64,000 nucleotides of DNA from Eledone cirrhosa (GCA_964016885.1 OZ024745.1:95976001-96040000), one strand, 5' to 3'; positions 49,531 through 63,774 are shown, counted from the stretch's first letter. Numbers and translations are program-made. The notes: generated from the letters alone by a model not told the origin.

Positions 49531-50512
49531 ATGGTTTCTTTATTGGCCTCAGGGCTAACATGAAGAAAACATTACAGACGGCACAGCACGATTCAAAGTG
49601 GGTATTGGCCGTGTAAAAAGGTTATAAAAGACAGAAACGTGTAAAATAAATTAAAATTCAAACAACAAAAAATTCCCCAATAAGGCGGAAGCCTCTGAGG
49701 GTCACTCATGGGGAAAACCACACAAAAGGCAAGCGCCCTCTCTCACTTTTCCCACTCCCCAGTCTACAGGCATATACTGAGAGCGGGCCCATTCACTCGG
49801 ATCAGACTCGCCACTTTCACCCACCTTTCAACAAACTTACTAGAAGACAGCACTTGCCTCTCCAGCCTGATTTTTCTCTTCAAGTAAAACTTGAAAAAGT
49901 TAATCAGGGATTAGCCGGAGAGGAAAGTGTCCGTCTTCAACCATTTCAACCTTGTCCACCACAAAATCTCTTTCGCCATGGCCACCAGGCAGATGAAAAC
50001 TGCCTGCCCTTCCTCCTCTTTAAAGGAGGATGGAGGAGATATACCTCAAGTCAGAAATTCTCGGGCACTGAATGAGTGCATGCAGGACGGTTTTGTCATC
50101 CTGCGCGCATCTCGGACAGGCTCGGCTGACAGCACCTCTGTGCCTATAGAGCTTATCCCGAACCGGCAACGCTCCCCGGTAGCACTGCCAGGCCAGGGAT
50201 TTCTGGGAGTTGTCAATAGGCTCTGGTCTGAAAGTTCTCCTGAAGAGAGCAAACAGCTGATCATCTTTGACGTCCAGAGTCTCCCCGAGAAAGCTGTTGC
50301 TCTTCCCCTTCACTAGCCCTCTATAGAACGCCAAGGTGGATGTTCCAAAGATATCAGTGCCCAGCTGGTAGAGGGCGGTGAGCACTTGGAGACATTCCAG
50401 CTTCCAAGTGCTATCCCTCGGTCTTTTTCTGACGCAGGACTGCAGCTCCGTCAAGGAGACGAGCTGGGGAAAAGCGTGTCTGGCAAACGGCGACCACCGT
50501 TTTACCACACGA
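49531..50512 (-). mobile_element. Tx1/L1-type LINE 3' fragment
   Basis: ORF 50020..50508 (CPRC..H..C) is homologous to 53090-53885; minus-strand end aataaagaaacc then (ATT)n. Confidence 0.88.
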
Positions 50513-53500
50513 TCAAGGTAAGTGATCCTTTCTCACTTACCCTGTTTCTCATCCAACATGGCCGTACTTAGAATATGCAGTATAAATGTACGTGGCCTGG
50601 GGTCATCTTGGAAACAGGGTCACCTGCTCAACAACCTCAGGTCACTAAACATAGATGTGGTGGCCATAAGCGAGACCAGAATCTCCGAAGCACGAGCCTT
50701 CGCACCGATCTTCGGCGGATACGATGTATACACATCTCCCTGCCATCCAGGATCGGGGGGAGGGGTTGCCCTGCTTTTTCGGAGAGGCTTGGACCTCGCC
50801 ATACGAGCCATCTTCCTACCCCAGAAGGTAAGTTGGTGGTGCTGGACGTGACCGACAGCGAAGGCAATGCTTTCAGGCTAGTAGTCGTCTACGCCCCAAC
50901 AGGGGCAGGATGGCCAGATTTCTTCAGACGTCTAGAGATCTTTCTTGGAACGTCCCACTCTTTAGTGTTAGTGGGCGACTGGAACAGTATTTTAGATGCA
51001 CGCTGGGATTATGTGGGGCTAGTAGACAGGGTAGGAGGGTGTAAAACCCTCAACAACCTGCTCAGACGTTTTGAACTGTTTGACAGGTATAGACTGGATT
51101 ATCCGAATGTGCCAATGTGGACATGGGCAAACCACATCGGGTCATCCAGATCATATTTAGATAGGGTATTTTGTAGGGAAACAAATAAGGCTAGTGTAAG
51201 TTGTCCACAATTTAAAGTAGTCGACAACACGGACCACAAATTTGTGATTTGTGATATTGACTTAGATAGACTCCATAGGCAAGTGGAAGCTGAACGCATC
51301 ATTCCTGGCGCGCAACGCTTACAGAGACCGTGCGTTGACGGGTGCGATCGTCAACAACAGGTGGTGGTTTACTGTGAAAAGGGCTATTAGAGTAGAATCG
51401 ATAAGATTTAGCAAAGGAGTAGTGATAGAGGAAAATAGAGTAGAGGGAGAGTTAGTTAGAAAGCTAGAAGAGGCGTTTAGGACAGGCATCGCAACCGACG
51501 CGCTTGCAGCGAGATTGGCACTCGACCAATTCTTCAACGGATGCGTTGTCAGAGCTAGAGCGCGTGCTCTAAGACACGAGGGGACAAAAGCCGTTCAATG
51601 GGCCGGGGTGGTGGAGGAGCGACGTGGCAACAAATCCACAATTCGGTCTTTGCCTGATAAAAACGGGTGCACGTTGCTTGAACCCGAGCAGATGTGTACG
51701 GCTTTTCAACAGCACTTTGCTCAATTGTTCGGGAGCGGTGACGGGCTGAATCGGTGTATGGACTTCAGTGCATACCTCGACGGACTGCCGCGGCTATCGA
51801 CAACTGCAGCGCAGTGCTGTGAAAGGCTGATAACAGCAGGTGAAATACTGGAAGCGATATCTGACTGCACGAGAGGTAAATCGCCAGGCTTGGATGGTCT
51901 GCCCTACGAGCTTTATGCGTATATGCCAGACTTGTTCAGCAACCTCTTGACAGATGTCTACTGCAACTGGCAGCAGAATGGGAGCATTCGCAATTTTGTG
52001 AACTGGGGAGCGGTGGCGTTGACAAAGGGGACGTTAGAGTCAACTTCAGGCCCATAACTCTGCTAAACACAGAGTTCAAGATTTTGGCCAAGGTGTAAGC
52101 AAACAGATTGGCACTTGTCGTCGGTGATCTGGTGGGAGAGGAACATACATGCGCCATCCCAGACAGATCCATCCACGACAACCTCCATCTCATGCGATAC
52201 ATCATAGAGAGGGTGGTTAAGGAAACTGGCATGAGTGGGGCCCCTGATCAACTTGGATCAATCTAAAGCATTTGATAGGGTCGGTACCTGGCTGCGGTCC
52301 TCGAGGCGGCTAGCTTCGGGCCAGGTTTTAGAGGCTGGATTGCTGCGATGCACAGCGACATCTGCTCGATTATGAGGGTGAATGGTCACCTGTCGCAACC
52401 ATTCATCATCATGCGCTCGGTCCGCCAGGGTTGCCCCCTCTCGTCCCTCTTGTACGTACTGGCCCTCGAGCAATTACTGCACAAATTGGAGATGATGAGG
52501 GGGGTCCCACGTGAACTGGGATGTGGGAGATCCGTGTCAGCTTACACCGACAACATCACCGTGGTGGTGTCGAGCACCACAGTGATGTTGTCCAGATGCT
52601 CGACACCTCTCTCAAGGTATACGAACCGGTGACAGGAGCAAAGGTAAACCAGGAAAAGTCAGTAGGCTTGCAACTCGGCACTTGGAGAGGCAAGTCGTGG
52701 CGCAGAAGGACCGTTTAAATTGCTCAGGGTCTGGTTCGGTCCGGACCTCCAGATGGAAAAAAACTGGAGCGAGGTGATGAGCAGGGTGGCTTCTCTCACC
52801 CAGAAATCGGCTGACAGGAGGCTGTCTCTGAAAGGTCAGGCGGAGGTGGCGAATGCGTACATAGCATCCATCATCTGCTAGTGCCTGACCGTCGTACCTT
52901 GCCCCTGCCCAACTCTGACCAAAATGGAGCGCCTTCTCTTCCGCTTTTTGTGGAAGGGACGTGTTCCCATGGTTAGACGATCCATTTGCTGTCAACACCT
53001 GTTGTGTGGAGGACTAGGCTTGCCGTGGCTGATGATGCGCAAACATACGCTGAGGCTGCGACATCTCTGGTGCTTCCTTGACAGTGAACAGGTGTGGTCG
53101 CCGTTTGCCAGATGTGCTTTTCCCCAGCTCATCTCCTGGACGGAGCTGCAGTCCTGGCTCAGGAAAAGACCGAGGCATAGCGCTTGGAAGCTGGAATGTC
53201 TCCAAGCGCGCTGCCCTCTACCAACTGGGCACTAGTATCGGTGGAACATCCACCTCAGCGTTCTATAGAGGGCTAGTGGAGGGAAAGAGCAACAGCTTTC
53301 CCGGGGAGACCCTGGACGTCAAAGATGATCAGCTGTTTGCTCTCTTCAAGAGAACTTTCAGACCAGGGCCTATGGACAACGCCCAGAAATCCCTGGCAGT
53401 GCTACTGGGGAGCATTGTTGGTTCGGGATAAGCTCTACAGGCACGGAGCTGCTGTCAGCCGAGCCTGTCTGAGATGTGCGCAGGGCAACGGAACCATCCT

Positions 53501-54122
53501 GCACGCACTCGTTCAGTGCCCGAGGATTGCTGACTTGTGGAGCTATGTCGACCAGCTGCTGTCATGTGTAGGACGGATCCGGTTATCAACTGAGTCCATT
53601 GTGCAGATAGCTCCGCCATCCTCCTTTAAAGAGGAGGAAGGGCAGGCAGTTTTCATCTGCCTGGTGGCCATGGCAAAAGAGATTGTGTGGTGGACAAGGT
53701 TGAAAGGGTTGAAGACAGACACTTTCCTCTCCGGCCAATCCCTGATTAACTTTTTCAAGTTTCACTTGAAGAGGAAAATCAGGCTGGAGAGGCAAGTGCT
53801 GTCTTCTAGTAAGTTTGTTGAAAGGTGGGTGAAAGTGGCGAGTCTGGTCCGAGTGAACGGACCCGCTCTGAGTATGCGCCTATAGACTGAGGAGTGGGAA
53901 AAGTGAGAGAGGGCGCTTGCCCTGGTGGTCAGGGTGGCCGTGGAGGTTTCCCCCTTCTTGGGGAATTTTTGCTGTTTGATTTTTTTTTTAATTTCTATCC
54001 CGATTTCTATCTTGTTATAACCTGTTTACACGACCAAAACCCACTTTGTATCATCCTGTACTGTTCTGTGCCATCTCTAATGTTTTTCTTCATGTTAGCC
54101 CTTGTGGACAATAAAGAAACCA
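50513..54122 (+). mobile_element. Tx1/L1-type LINE ORF2, frameshifted
   Basis: ATG 50558 MAVLRICSINVRGL; APE motifs VYAP, GDWN, YLDR, TDH; RT KSPGLDGL, RQGCPLS, degenerate YTDN; C-terminal CxxC..H..C; aataaagaaacc then (ATT)n. Confidence 0.9.
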
Positions 54123-54143
54123 TTATTATTATTATTATTATTG

Positions 54144-54548
54144 TTCCTTGAGTCTCAGTCATTGATGCTATTTAACTGGAAAGTTTGTTGAAATGAATAT
54201 CAAGCCGCTACCTGCAGCCTCAGATATTCAGGACGTATCGGAGGATTCTTGCTGTTCCCAGCAAGCATGCCTTTTTAAGTGTTTCAAAAAGCGGGGCTGG
54301 ACTAATCTTCTTTAACCATCCTTGGAAACTATTTGAGATAGTACCTAGTGCGCCTATGACAATCGGTACGACCTTGACTTCATGGCAGTTCGAAATCCTT
54401 TTTACCTCCCACTTTAAGTCCTGGTATTGGTTAATTTTCTCCCTTACCTTTTCTTGCACTCTCGTGTCAAATGGGCAGGCTACATTTACAATCAGGCACA
54501 ATCTTTTCTCGTTGTCCAAAACCACCAGGTCAGGCCTATTGTGTTCTA
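54144..54548 (-). mobile_element. R4/Dong family A 3' fragment
   Basis: ORF 54220..54525 matches the RLE end of 39745..41934; (TAA)n on both sides. Confidence 0.9.
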
Positions 54549-55139
54549 ATTATCATTATTATTATCATTTTTATTCTCTTTCATAATTGTTTCTGAGATA
54601 TATGCATTGGTAAGCCAAAAAAAAAGGTAAATGTATAAAAGAAATTTACTACTACTGCCCACATTTTACAAAGAACATTGTCAATGTAATGTTGGGAGAG
54701 TAAAGCACATTGTACTCATGGACAAAAGTGTGCACTGTTTCCATTATATATTTTATAACAATCTGTTATCTATAGAGCTGAAAAATGTGTCACAACAAAC
54801 CATCACCCATCCCAGGCCCCTGGATGAGGCCTGGTGGGATATATATGTATATAGAGATATCTAAGGATAATAATATCAATAATAATAACAATGCTTAATC
54901 CTTTCTTTTTTTTTCTGATACAAATTTTCTTTTAAACACACAACGGTAAAATATTTGGGCCAAAAGCCCTAAATATTATGGGGAATCTTTTCTTGAGGGC
55001 AAAGACTAAAGTCTTATGCCCCTTTTGAAATAAAAATATTAATAACAAACGTAATTAAAACCATAGAAATAACAAACTTACTCGAGCTCACGATAGTGCG
55101 TCCATTCACTTCAACGATCAATAATAATAATAATAATGG

Positions 55140-57300
55140 CAAAGTGTGTCTGTAATGATGATGGTGTACTTGCCATCACTGATGCTGATAAGAAGGTAGC
55201 TTGGAAGTGTTACTATGAGAGACTAGTAAATGAGGAGAATAAATGGGAAAAAGATAGTCTGCCCCAAATCGATCCACTAGAGGGACCAGCAGTGCAAGTT
55301 GAAGGTAGTATACTAAGTAAGGCAATCAAAGATATGAAGACAGGCAAAGCAGCTGGGCCTTCGGAGATAGTTGCTGAAATGCTGAAAATATCTGGAATGG
55401 TGGCTGGCACACACTATGGTCACCCGGATAGTAAACCAAGTCATACAAAATGGGGTCATACCAAATGACTGGCATAGCAGCATCATCATTAACTGCTACA
55501 AGGGTAAAGGAGATGCACTATATAGAGGAAACTATAGAGGCATTAAATTAATTGGCCAGGTCATGAAGGTCACAGAAAAAGTTATAGCGCAACTAATCAG
55601 AGAGAAAATTGATCTAAATGAAATGCAGTTTGGGTTTGTGTCAGGTAAAAGTACCACAGACACCCTTTTCGTTGTACGACAACTACAGAAGTACCTAGCT
55701 AAAACTAAACCCCTATACTTAGCTTTTGTTGACTTGGAGAGAGCATTTGACAGAGTCCCCCACACCATTATCTGGTGGGCTCTTAGAAAACTAGGTGTTG
55801 ATGAATGGCTTGGGAGAGCTATACAAGCCATGTATAAAGAAACAGTCAGCAAGGTTAGAATTAACAACGAATATAGTGAAGAATTTAGAGTAAAAGTTGG
55901 TGTTCATCAAGGCTCTGTCCTTAGCCCCCTCCTATTTATTATTGCCCTTCAGGCTATAACAGAGGAGTTCAAGACCGGCTGCCCATGGGAACTTCTATAC
56001 GCAGATGATCTAACTCTCATAGCTGAATCGATGGCTGAACTAGAGAAGAAATTCCAAACATAGAAGCATGGCCTAGAATCAAAAGGCCTTAAAGTTAACT
56101 TGTCTAAGACTAAAGTTCTAGTATGTAAGAAGGAAAATAGGGCACTGGTCCCCTCTGGGAAATGGCCATGCTCAGTGTGTAGGAAAGGAGTAGGCAGAAA
56201 TTCTATTTTATGTCCCAAATGCAAAGTATGGGTGCATAAAAGATGTAGTGGGATCACAGGTAAGCTATCTAAGAACGTAGATTATATATGTGGCTAGTGC
56301 TCAGGTGCAATAAGTAGCAAGCACCCACAGGATACTAGTTACTTCTATTTCCCAGATGGCTCTATAGAAATAGTAGACACCTTCCGTTACCTGAGTGACA
56401 AAATCAGCAGTGGGGGAGGGTGCTCTGAAAGTACAGTAACCAGAGTCAGAACGGGATGGAAAAAGTTCAGAGAGCTTATACTACTATTGGCCGCTAAAGG
56501 GTTCTCTCTAAAAATGAAAGGCAGGCTGTATGATGCCTGCATACGAACAGCAATGTTACATGGCAGTGAGACATGGGCAATGTGTGCAGAGGATCTGCGC
56601 AGAATGGAGAGGAACGAAACATGCATGTCCGCTGGATGTGTAATAGTAATATACGTGAACAGCAAAGTATAAATGAACTAAGTGAGAAATTAGGTATAAG
56701 AGGGATCAGATGCTGTTTACTCGAGAGAAGACTACTTTGGTATGGTCGCATGATGCGTATGAAAGATAACAGCTGTATAAAAAAAGTGAAGGGCAATCAA
56801 AATTGACAGAAATTACAGAGTAGGCAGACCCAGAAAAACCTGGGACGATTTGATAAATTCCGACCTTACACACTTACACCTCTCTAAGACAATGTCACTG
56901 GACCAAGATCTTTGACGCTATGCAGTAATATAGAAAACCCGCCATGCCTAAGTACAAAGCGAAACCTACAGTCAGTAGGCACCTCTTAATCAAATATACA
57001 CCCCCTCCCACTACCCCCAAACTACCCCATCCCCACCCCCATCAACACCTCCCCTTTCTCTGTAAAGTTATGTTAGTACCACAACATCCAGTCCTAAATA
57101 AATGAGGTTGTGTAGGTGTCACAACAAAAAAACACACAGTCCACGCTGTAATGTGGCCATGTAGGTAACACGGTAAAAACCTCCCAGTCAACACTGTAAA
57201 CGTGGTTGGTGTTAGGAAGGGCATCCAGCGTTAGAAAACCTGCCAGACTGTCCTATATGAGCGAGATGACCAATCTTGCCTGAAGTGGGACAATTCCCTA
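55140..57300 (+). mobile_element. 5'-truncated RTE LINE, decayed
   Basis: ORF 55416..56063 with YADD; Cys/His cluster; 3' UTR tail. Confidence 0.9.
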
Positions 57301-57499
57301 ATAGAGGGAGCATCACTCAGGTGTAACTTTAGCCCCACAGATCCTAAACCACCATAATTGCCAGGAGCACCCTTGAAATGTGCCCCTACTCACCAAACTC
57401 TCCAGCTTACAAGCACATGTTCAAAGTAGGACCATTCGCTTAGACCATCCTCACTACATGTACCCACCTTTTAACAAATAGGACAATATCAAGTAACAA

Positions 57500-58920
57500 G
57501 AGATGTAACTAAATATCAGATAATATACTTGGCAAAAAGAGAAGCTGAAAAATATGAGGTTTGCCAATATGAGAGTATCTGATGTGTGAAACATTCTGAA
57601 GTGCAATACAGTATGTCAGTTTAAATTAGGATGCTGTTGGTGAAAGATATGTAAAGAATGATAAAAGTGCATATACCCTTTCTGATGCTTACAAGAAAGA
57701 GGTTTGGAATTACTACTGTGAAAGTTCCTTGAATGAGAAACATGCACAGGAAAGAGAGAAAAAGACTACACCATGTAAACCCATTATAGAGAGTAGCTAC
57801 TGATGGAGACAACTATTTGGTCTAAAGTGTGAAGGCAAGGAAGTAGACTGGAAGAAACATCTGCGATAATCACTGAGGTGGTGAAAGTATCCAGCAATGT
57901 GGGAAACACATTAGTCATTCATAGATTCAACCAGGTAGAACGATAAAATCAACAACAGTACCACAATACTGATAGACCAACTTATGAAAGTAACTGATAA
58001 AGTTACAGTGCAATTAATTAAGAAGCAGGATTAGTTTAGAAAAGATGTAGCCCAGATTTGTGTCAGGACAAGTGACTACCAAGACTATCTTACTTGTGAG
58101 AAAGCTAGAGAAGGTTTAATCTAAGAGCAAGCTACTATAGTTAGCATTCATTGACCTGGAGAAGGCTTTTCACAAGGAATCATACTTTGTAGCCTGGTAG
58201 TTGCTAAGAAATCAGGTATATGTATGACTCATGTGAACCATGTACAGAAACACTGCCAGCAAAGTGAAAGATAGCAATGCGTCTGATGAGGAATTTAACA
58301 TGCAGGTAGATGTCCATCAGGATTTTGTTTCATCCCTCTTCTGTTTATTATAATTCTCCAGGCCATAACAAAGGTGTTTATAATTAACTCATCGTGAGAA
58401 CTTCTGTAGACCAATAATCTAATTGTTATAAGTGAATTTGTTGAAGAATAAATGAAATTCCAAACATGGAAGCCAAAACTAGGAAAGATAAACATTTTAG
58501 TTAGCATTAAAGCAGACTAAACTCTACTGCTGTCTAGGAATTGGCTATACTCAATATGTGGATAAAGAATAGGTAAAAGCTGTATACTGTGTACCCAATA
58601 TAAACTTTAGTATCAGAGGCAGACTGGCAGAGAAGAACTTTGTATCAAATACATAGGAGTAGATAGCAGTTTTTTTCAAATGTCTTGAAATAGTCCAATT
58701 TCTGTTACTGGAGGGGACAAACAAGCAGTCTTGATGAATGTCATAAAAGTAGCCAGAATAAGAACAGGGTGGAAATACTTGTGAGTGAAGAGCAGATTAC
58801 ATGAGGTTTGTATTTGAAGTGTGATAATGTATTGTGACAAACTTTAAATATTAAATGTGAAGGATGTACAAAGAATAGAACAAAATTAGACAAGCGTGTT
58901 TCACTGGATGTTCTGGGTTA
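57500..58920 (+). mobile_element. Highly decayed RTE LINE remnant
   Basis: Residual ttcattgacctggagaaggcttt (FIDLEKAF) and gtccatcagga; order colinear with other RTE copies. Confidence 0.6.
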
Positions 58921-58946
58921 GTGTTGATGTGTAGTTTTTCTCTTAA

Positions 58947-59258
58947 CCCTTTAGCATTTAAACTGGCCATATCCAGCCAGAATTCTCTCACCTCTTTTTT
59001 GTTCAAACCGGCTGTAACTGGCTGCTCATACTGATGTTAAGGTATAGTGCTCAAAATAAATATCCGGCCAGAATTCTCTCACCTCTTTCTGTTCAAACCG
59101 GCTGAAACTGGCTGCTCATACTGATGTTAAAGTTTGGTTTTCAAAATAAATAATATAAAAATTTCATAAATTCGATATTATGTGAGATAATTATGTGAAG
59201 TTAAGCCGTTACCACAAAAATATAATAGTAAATATAGTGTAACATAAATGCTAAAGGG
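58947..59258 (+). mobile_element. piggyBac-type MITE with internal duplication of about 91 bp
   Basis: TTAA-ccctttagcattta...taaatgctaaaggg-TTAA; atatcc.gccagaattctctcacc at 58969 and 59060. Confidence 0.88.
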
Positions 59259-59278
59259 TTAAACATTTTGAAAGAAAA

Positions 59279-59324
59279 ATGGTGGTAGTGGTGATGGTGG
59301 TGATGATGATGGTGGTGATGCTGC

Positions 59325-59355
<31 letters not shown>

Positions 59356-60265
59356 GATCATCACCACCACCTCCACCATTATCACCACCATCACCATCAT
59401 GATCACCACCACTGCCGCCACCATCACTACCACCACCACCACGACCCCTATCATCACTATCACCACCATCATCATCACCACCACCACCACCACCACCACC
59501 ACCACCACCACCACCACCACCATCATCATGTCCACCACCACCACCACCATCACTATCACCACCATCATCATCACCATCGTCATTACCACCACCATCATTA
59601 TCACAACCACCACCACCTCCACCACCACCACCACCACCACCACCACCACCACCATCATCATCACCATCATCATTACCACCACCACCATCATCATGTCCAC
59701 CACCACCACCACCATCACTATTACCACCATCATTATCACAACCACCACCACCACCACCATCATTATCACAACCACCACAACAACCACCACCACCATCATC
59801 ATGTCCACCACCACCACCACCATCACTATTACCACCATCATTATCACAACCACCACCACCACCACCACCACCATCATTATCACAACCACCACCACCACTA
59901 CCACCACCACCACCACCACCATCATCATGTCCACCACCACCACCACCACCATCACAATCACCATCATCATTACCACAACCACCACCACCACTACCACCAC
60001 CACCATCATCATTATCACAACCACCACCACCACTACCACCACCACCACCACCACCATCATCATGTCCACCACCACCACCACCACCATCACAATCACCATC
60101 ATCATTATCACAACCACCACCACCACCACTACCACCACCACCATCATCATTATCACAACCACCACCACCACTACCACCACCACCACCACCACCACCATCA
60201 TTATCACAACCACCACCACCACCACCACCACCACCACCATCACAATCACCATCATCATCATCATC
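59279..60265. repeat. ACC/ATC compound microsatellite with higher-order repeats
   Basis: Direct reading; recurring catcatgtccacc landmarks. Confidence 0.95.
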
Positions 60266-60437
60266 TTTCACATCAAACTTCTTTTTAGGATTAATGTCCT
60301 AGTATATCTTTTGTTTCAAAATCCTATTTTCTTCCACTTGGGAACAATCTAGAAGTTGATTCCCAATATCCCTTCATTGTCTCCTAATCTAATATCTCAA
60401 CATTTCTCTAGAAAATTCTCCTCCATTTGCTTTTAAG

Positions 60438-60606
60438 GTGTTGTTGTTATTGTTGTTTTTATTATTATTATTATTATTAGCAGTAGCAGCAGTAGAAATA
60501 GTAGAAGTGGTGGTGGTGGTGGTGGTGGTGGTGCTAGTGGTGGTGGTGGTGGTGGTGGTGGTGCTAGTGGTGGTGGTGGTGGTGGTAGTGGTAGTAGTAG
60601 TAGTAA

Positions 60607-60644
<38 letters not shown>

Positions 60645-60673
60645 ACAGGAGCAGCAGCAGTAGTAGCAGCAAC

Positions 60674-60710
<37 letters not shown>

Positions 60711-60901
60711 ACAGGAGCAGTAGCAGTAGCAGTAGTAGTAGTAGTAGCTGTAGTAGTAGCAGCAGCAGTAGTAGTAGTATTAGCAGTAGTAGTAGCAGCA
60801 GTATCTGTAGTAGTAGCAGCAGCAGTAGTAGTAGTATTAGCAGTAGTAGTAGCAGCAGCAGCAGTAGTAGTAGTAGTAGCAGTAGTAGTAGCAGCAGCAA
60901 C

Positions 60902-60936
<35 letters not shown>

Positions 60937-61096
60937 CAGCAGCAGCAGAAGTAGTAGTAGTAGTAGTAGCAGTAGTAGTAGCAGCAGCAACACTAGTAGT
61001 AGTAGTAGTAGTAGTAGCAGCAGCAGCAGCAGCAGCAGTTGTTGTAGTAGTAGCTGCAGCAGCAGCAGCAGCAATAGTAGTAGTAGTAGCAGCAGC

Positions 61097-61155
<59 letters not shown>

Positions 61156-61191
61156 CACCATAGTAGTAGTAGTACTAGTAGTAGTAGTAGT
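60438..61191. repeat. GTA/GCA compound microsatellite
   Basis: Direct reading. Confidence 0.95.
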
Positions 61192-61437
61192 ATGGTTACT
61201 TATATCTCAATCGGTTATATTTAATACTAGATTCTATACCATTTTATATTATCAAGAATCCAATATATTTTTTGTAATCCTATAAAATATCTATTATTGT
61301 TATCGTTATTATTGTTATCATTATTATTGTCTTGCCATTGTGCACTTTTACTCGACCTTATTGTAAACCCCCACTGTCCCTGTCTTTGTATTGTCCCCTA
61401 CATGTCGGCCCTTGTGGCTAATAAATGAAATCATTAT

Positions 61438-61835
61438 TAGTGAATTGGCAGTATAGGTAGAGGGTCGGACGCCATGCTTTCCAGCATAGTTACGTCCCTT
61501 TACGATCTGAGTTCAAATCCTGCCGAGGTTGACTTTGCCATTCATCCTTACGGGGTCGATAAAATAAAGTACCAGTAATACACTGGGTATTAGCTGGCCT
61601 TGTGCCAAAAGTAGAAACAATTATTATTGTTGTTATTAAGGGTGGTGGATTGGCAGTATTGGTAGAAGGTTGGACGCTATGCTTTCTAGCATAGAGTTAC
61701 GCCCCTTGCCATTCTAAGTTCAAATCTCACCGAGGTTAACTTTGTCTTTCATCCTTACGGGGTCGATAAAATAAAGTACCAGTAATGAACTGGGTAATTG
61801 CTGGCCTTGTGCCAAACGTAGAAACAATTATTATT
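61438..61835 (+). mobile_element. Two tandem SINE family B copies, preceded by a short Tx1-like 3' end (61330-61437)
   Basis: Consensus twice (61438-61625, 61639-61835); gcccttgtggctaataaatgaaatcattatt resembles the Tx1 end at 54098-54130. Confidence 0.8.
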
Positions 61836-61961
61836 GTTGTTATTTCAGTTGTCTTATTCTTTTATTGTGTTTTTGCTGTAAAACTGAAAGCAGCTCATTG
61901 TTCCTTCATTACATACAGTATATTGTTTGATATGCTCTAGTGTAATCAAAGTACTCTAGAT

Positions 61962-62165
61962 CAGGCATGTCAAACTGAGGGTCCCTGGGGGCTACATGGG
62001 TCACATATGTGTTGTCTGAGGGCAACACATGACAACTAATTGCATACATTACAACTAATTTTGCGAAGATAAAACATGCTCGCACTGTAAAAACCTTTGA
62101 ATGGGCCGCAGGTATGCTTGTAAAGGGCTGGATGTGGCCCGCAGGCCGCATGTTTGACATGCCTC
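61962..62165. mobile_element. hAT MITE
   Basis: TIRs caggcatgtcaaac/gtttgacatgcctc; TSD ctctagat/ctctatat. Confidence 0.88.
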
Positions 62166-62316
62166 CTCTATATAATATATGTGGGCCACCTGCAAATGCT
62201 GTTTTCTCTATGTTGTCCATATCTTTAAGTCCTAAGGTAATGATTTCTCTGCATCTCTTTCTAAATAATTCCCTGAGCACCTTATTATTAAAGGAGTTGT
62301 TTCTGATTTCACTCTT

Positions 62317-62772
62317 AATTTCTTCTTCTTCTTCTTCTTCTTCTTCCTGAGAGGGTCGTGGCAGCAGAATCCTCAAACACTCCTTCCAGCGGGTCCTGTG
62401 AGAAACAACTATCTCCAACTGATCTGGTTGGATCCCCAAGTGAGACCAGCAAAGCTAATGTATGTTATCCAACCATCTTACTTAGGGTCTACCCCTGAGT
62501 CTCCTGCTGGTTGGTTTTTGCTGTAAAATCTGTCCAGCGATTCTTTCCAGAGACAATCTAACGACATACCCATAGTATCGGAACTGTGATCTCTCAATTT
62601 TGAGAAGTAGTGGCTCTATCTGGAGTGATACTCTGATCTCAGCTATGTACTTTGTCAAGTAAAATTACTCCGAAGTCCCTTTGAAGGAATCCCATTTTGG
62701 CCACTTGTATTCTTTTGATCATTACCCAAGATTCAGTACCATAGGTAAGGGTTGACACAAATACTGAATACC
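62317..62772 (-). mobile_element. RTE (Rex3/Expander-like) 3' fragment with long TSD
   Basis: TLTYGTESWVM..RIQVAKMGFL; (GAA)n tail; 34-bp direct repeats 62283-62316 and 62773-62806. Confidence 0.8.
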
Positions 62773-63496
62773 TATTATCAAAGGAGTTGTTTCTGATTTC
62801 AGTCTTTACATATATAATTATATTTATATATTCCAGTGGAAGCATGTGGCCTAAGTTGTAATGGTGTTGAATTCATGATAATAAGGTTGTGTGTTTGATT
62901 CCTGGACAAAATACCCCTTTTCATGTTGCTCCTTCCACCAAGAGGTGCGACTGAGATAGTATCAGCAATGGAAAGATCAATAGAAACATTGTTCCCTTGG
63001 TCCAAACTGACGATTGGAAAAAACAAATATCCAGATCTAAATATTTGGATAATTTCTCCATTTCTTTTAAAGATACATTATCTTTAATTGTGGCTTATAC
63101 TTTGATGAGGAGGTAAACTCCTGGGCTCTTCAACAAAAATATCTGGCTAATACGACTTGAGTTCCCTGTCTGTGCAAAATGGCGCATTCCAGAGTAAGGC
63201 TGCATTGTCAATTTCAGAACTTTTCCAGTGTATCTTAAACCCCTACTTTTCAGTAGGTTCTCCCATTTATCATTGGTTCTGTTGTTTCATTATATTTCAT
63301 GACTTTCATATCCTGTTTATTTCAGTTTCAAGGTCCATCTATTTTGACAGTTTTGACTCTTCCTTCCAGGCAATGTTTCAGTCAAGTATTGTACAAGTAT
63401 TTTCATTCCAGTCATTGATCATTATTTTATGTAGTCTGCACTTGATTTGAGCATCTTCTTTCACTAATATATTTTTGTAGTTTCTGCTTTTAGTCC

Positions 63497-63741
63497 ACCA
63501 CTTCTGCCGCCACCACCACCACCACCACCATCATCATTACCATCACCATCATCATTACCATCATCATCGCCACCACTACCACCATCATCAGCACTGTCAT
63601 CATCATCATTACCACCACCACCACCATCATCATCATCACCACCACCACTGTCATCATCGTCAACATCATCATTATCATCATCACCATCGTCATCACCACC
63701 ACTACCACCACCACCACCACCACCACCAACAACAACAACAC

Positions 63742-63774
<33 letters not shown>

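Noticed and set aside
59201-61163. Gly-rich, Thr-rich and Leu-rich ORFs of 240-357 aa
   Set aside because: Microsatellite artefacts open on both strands
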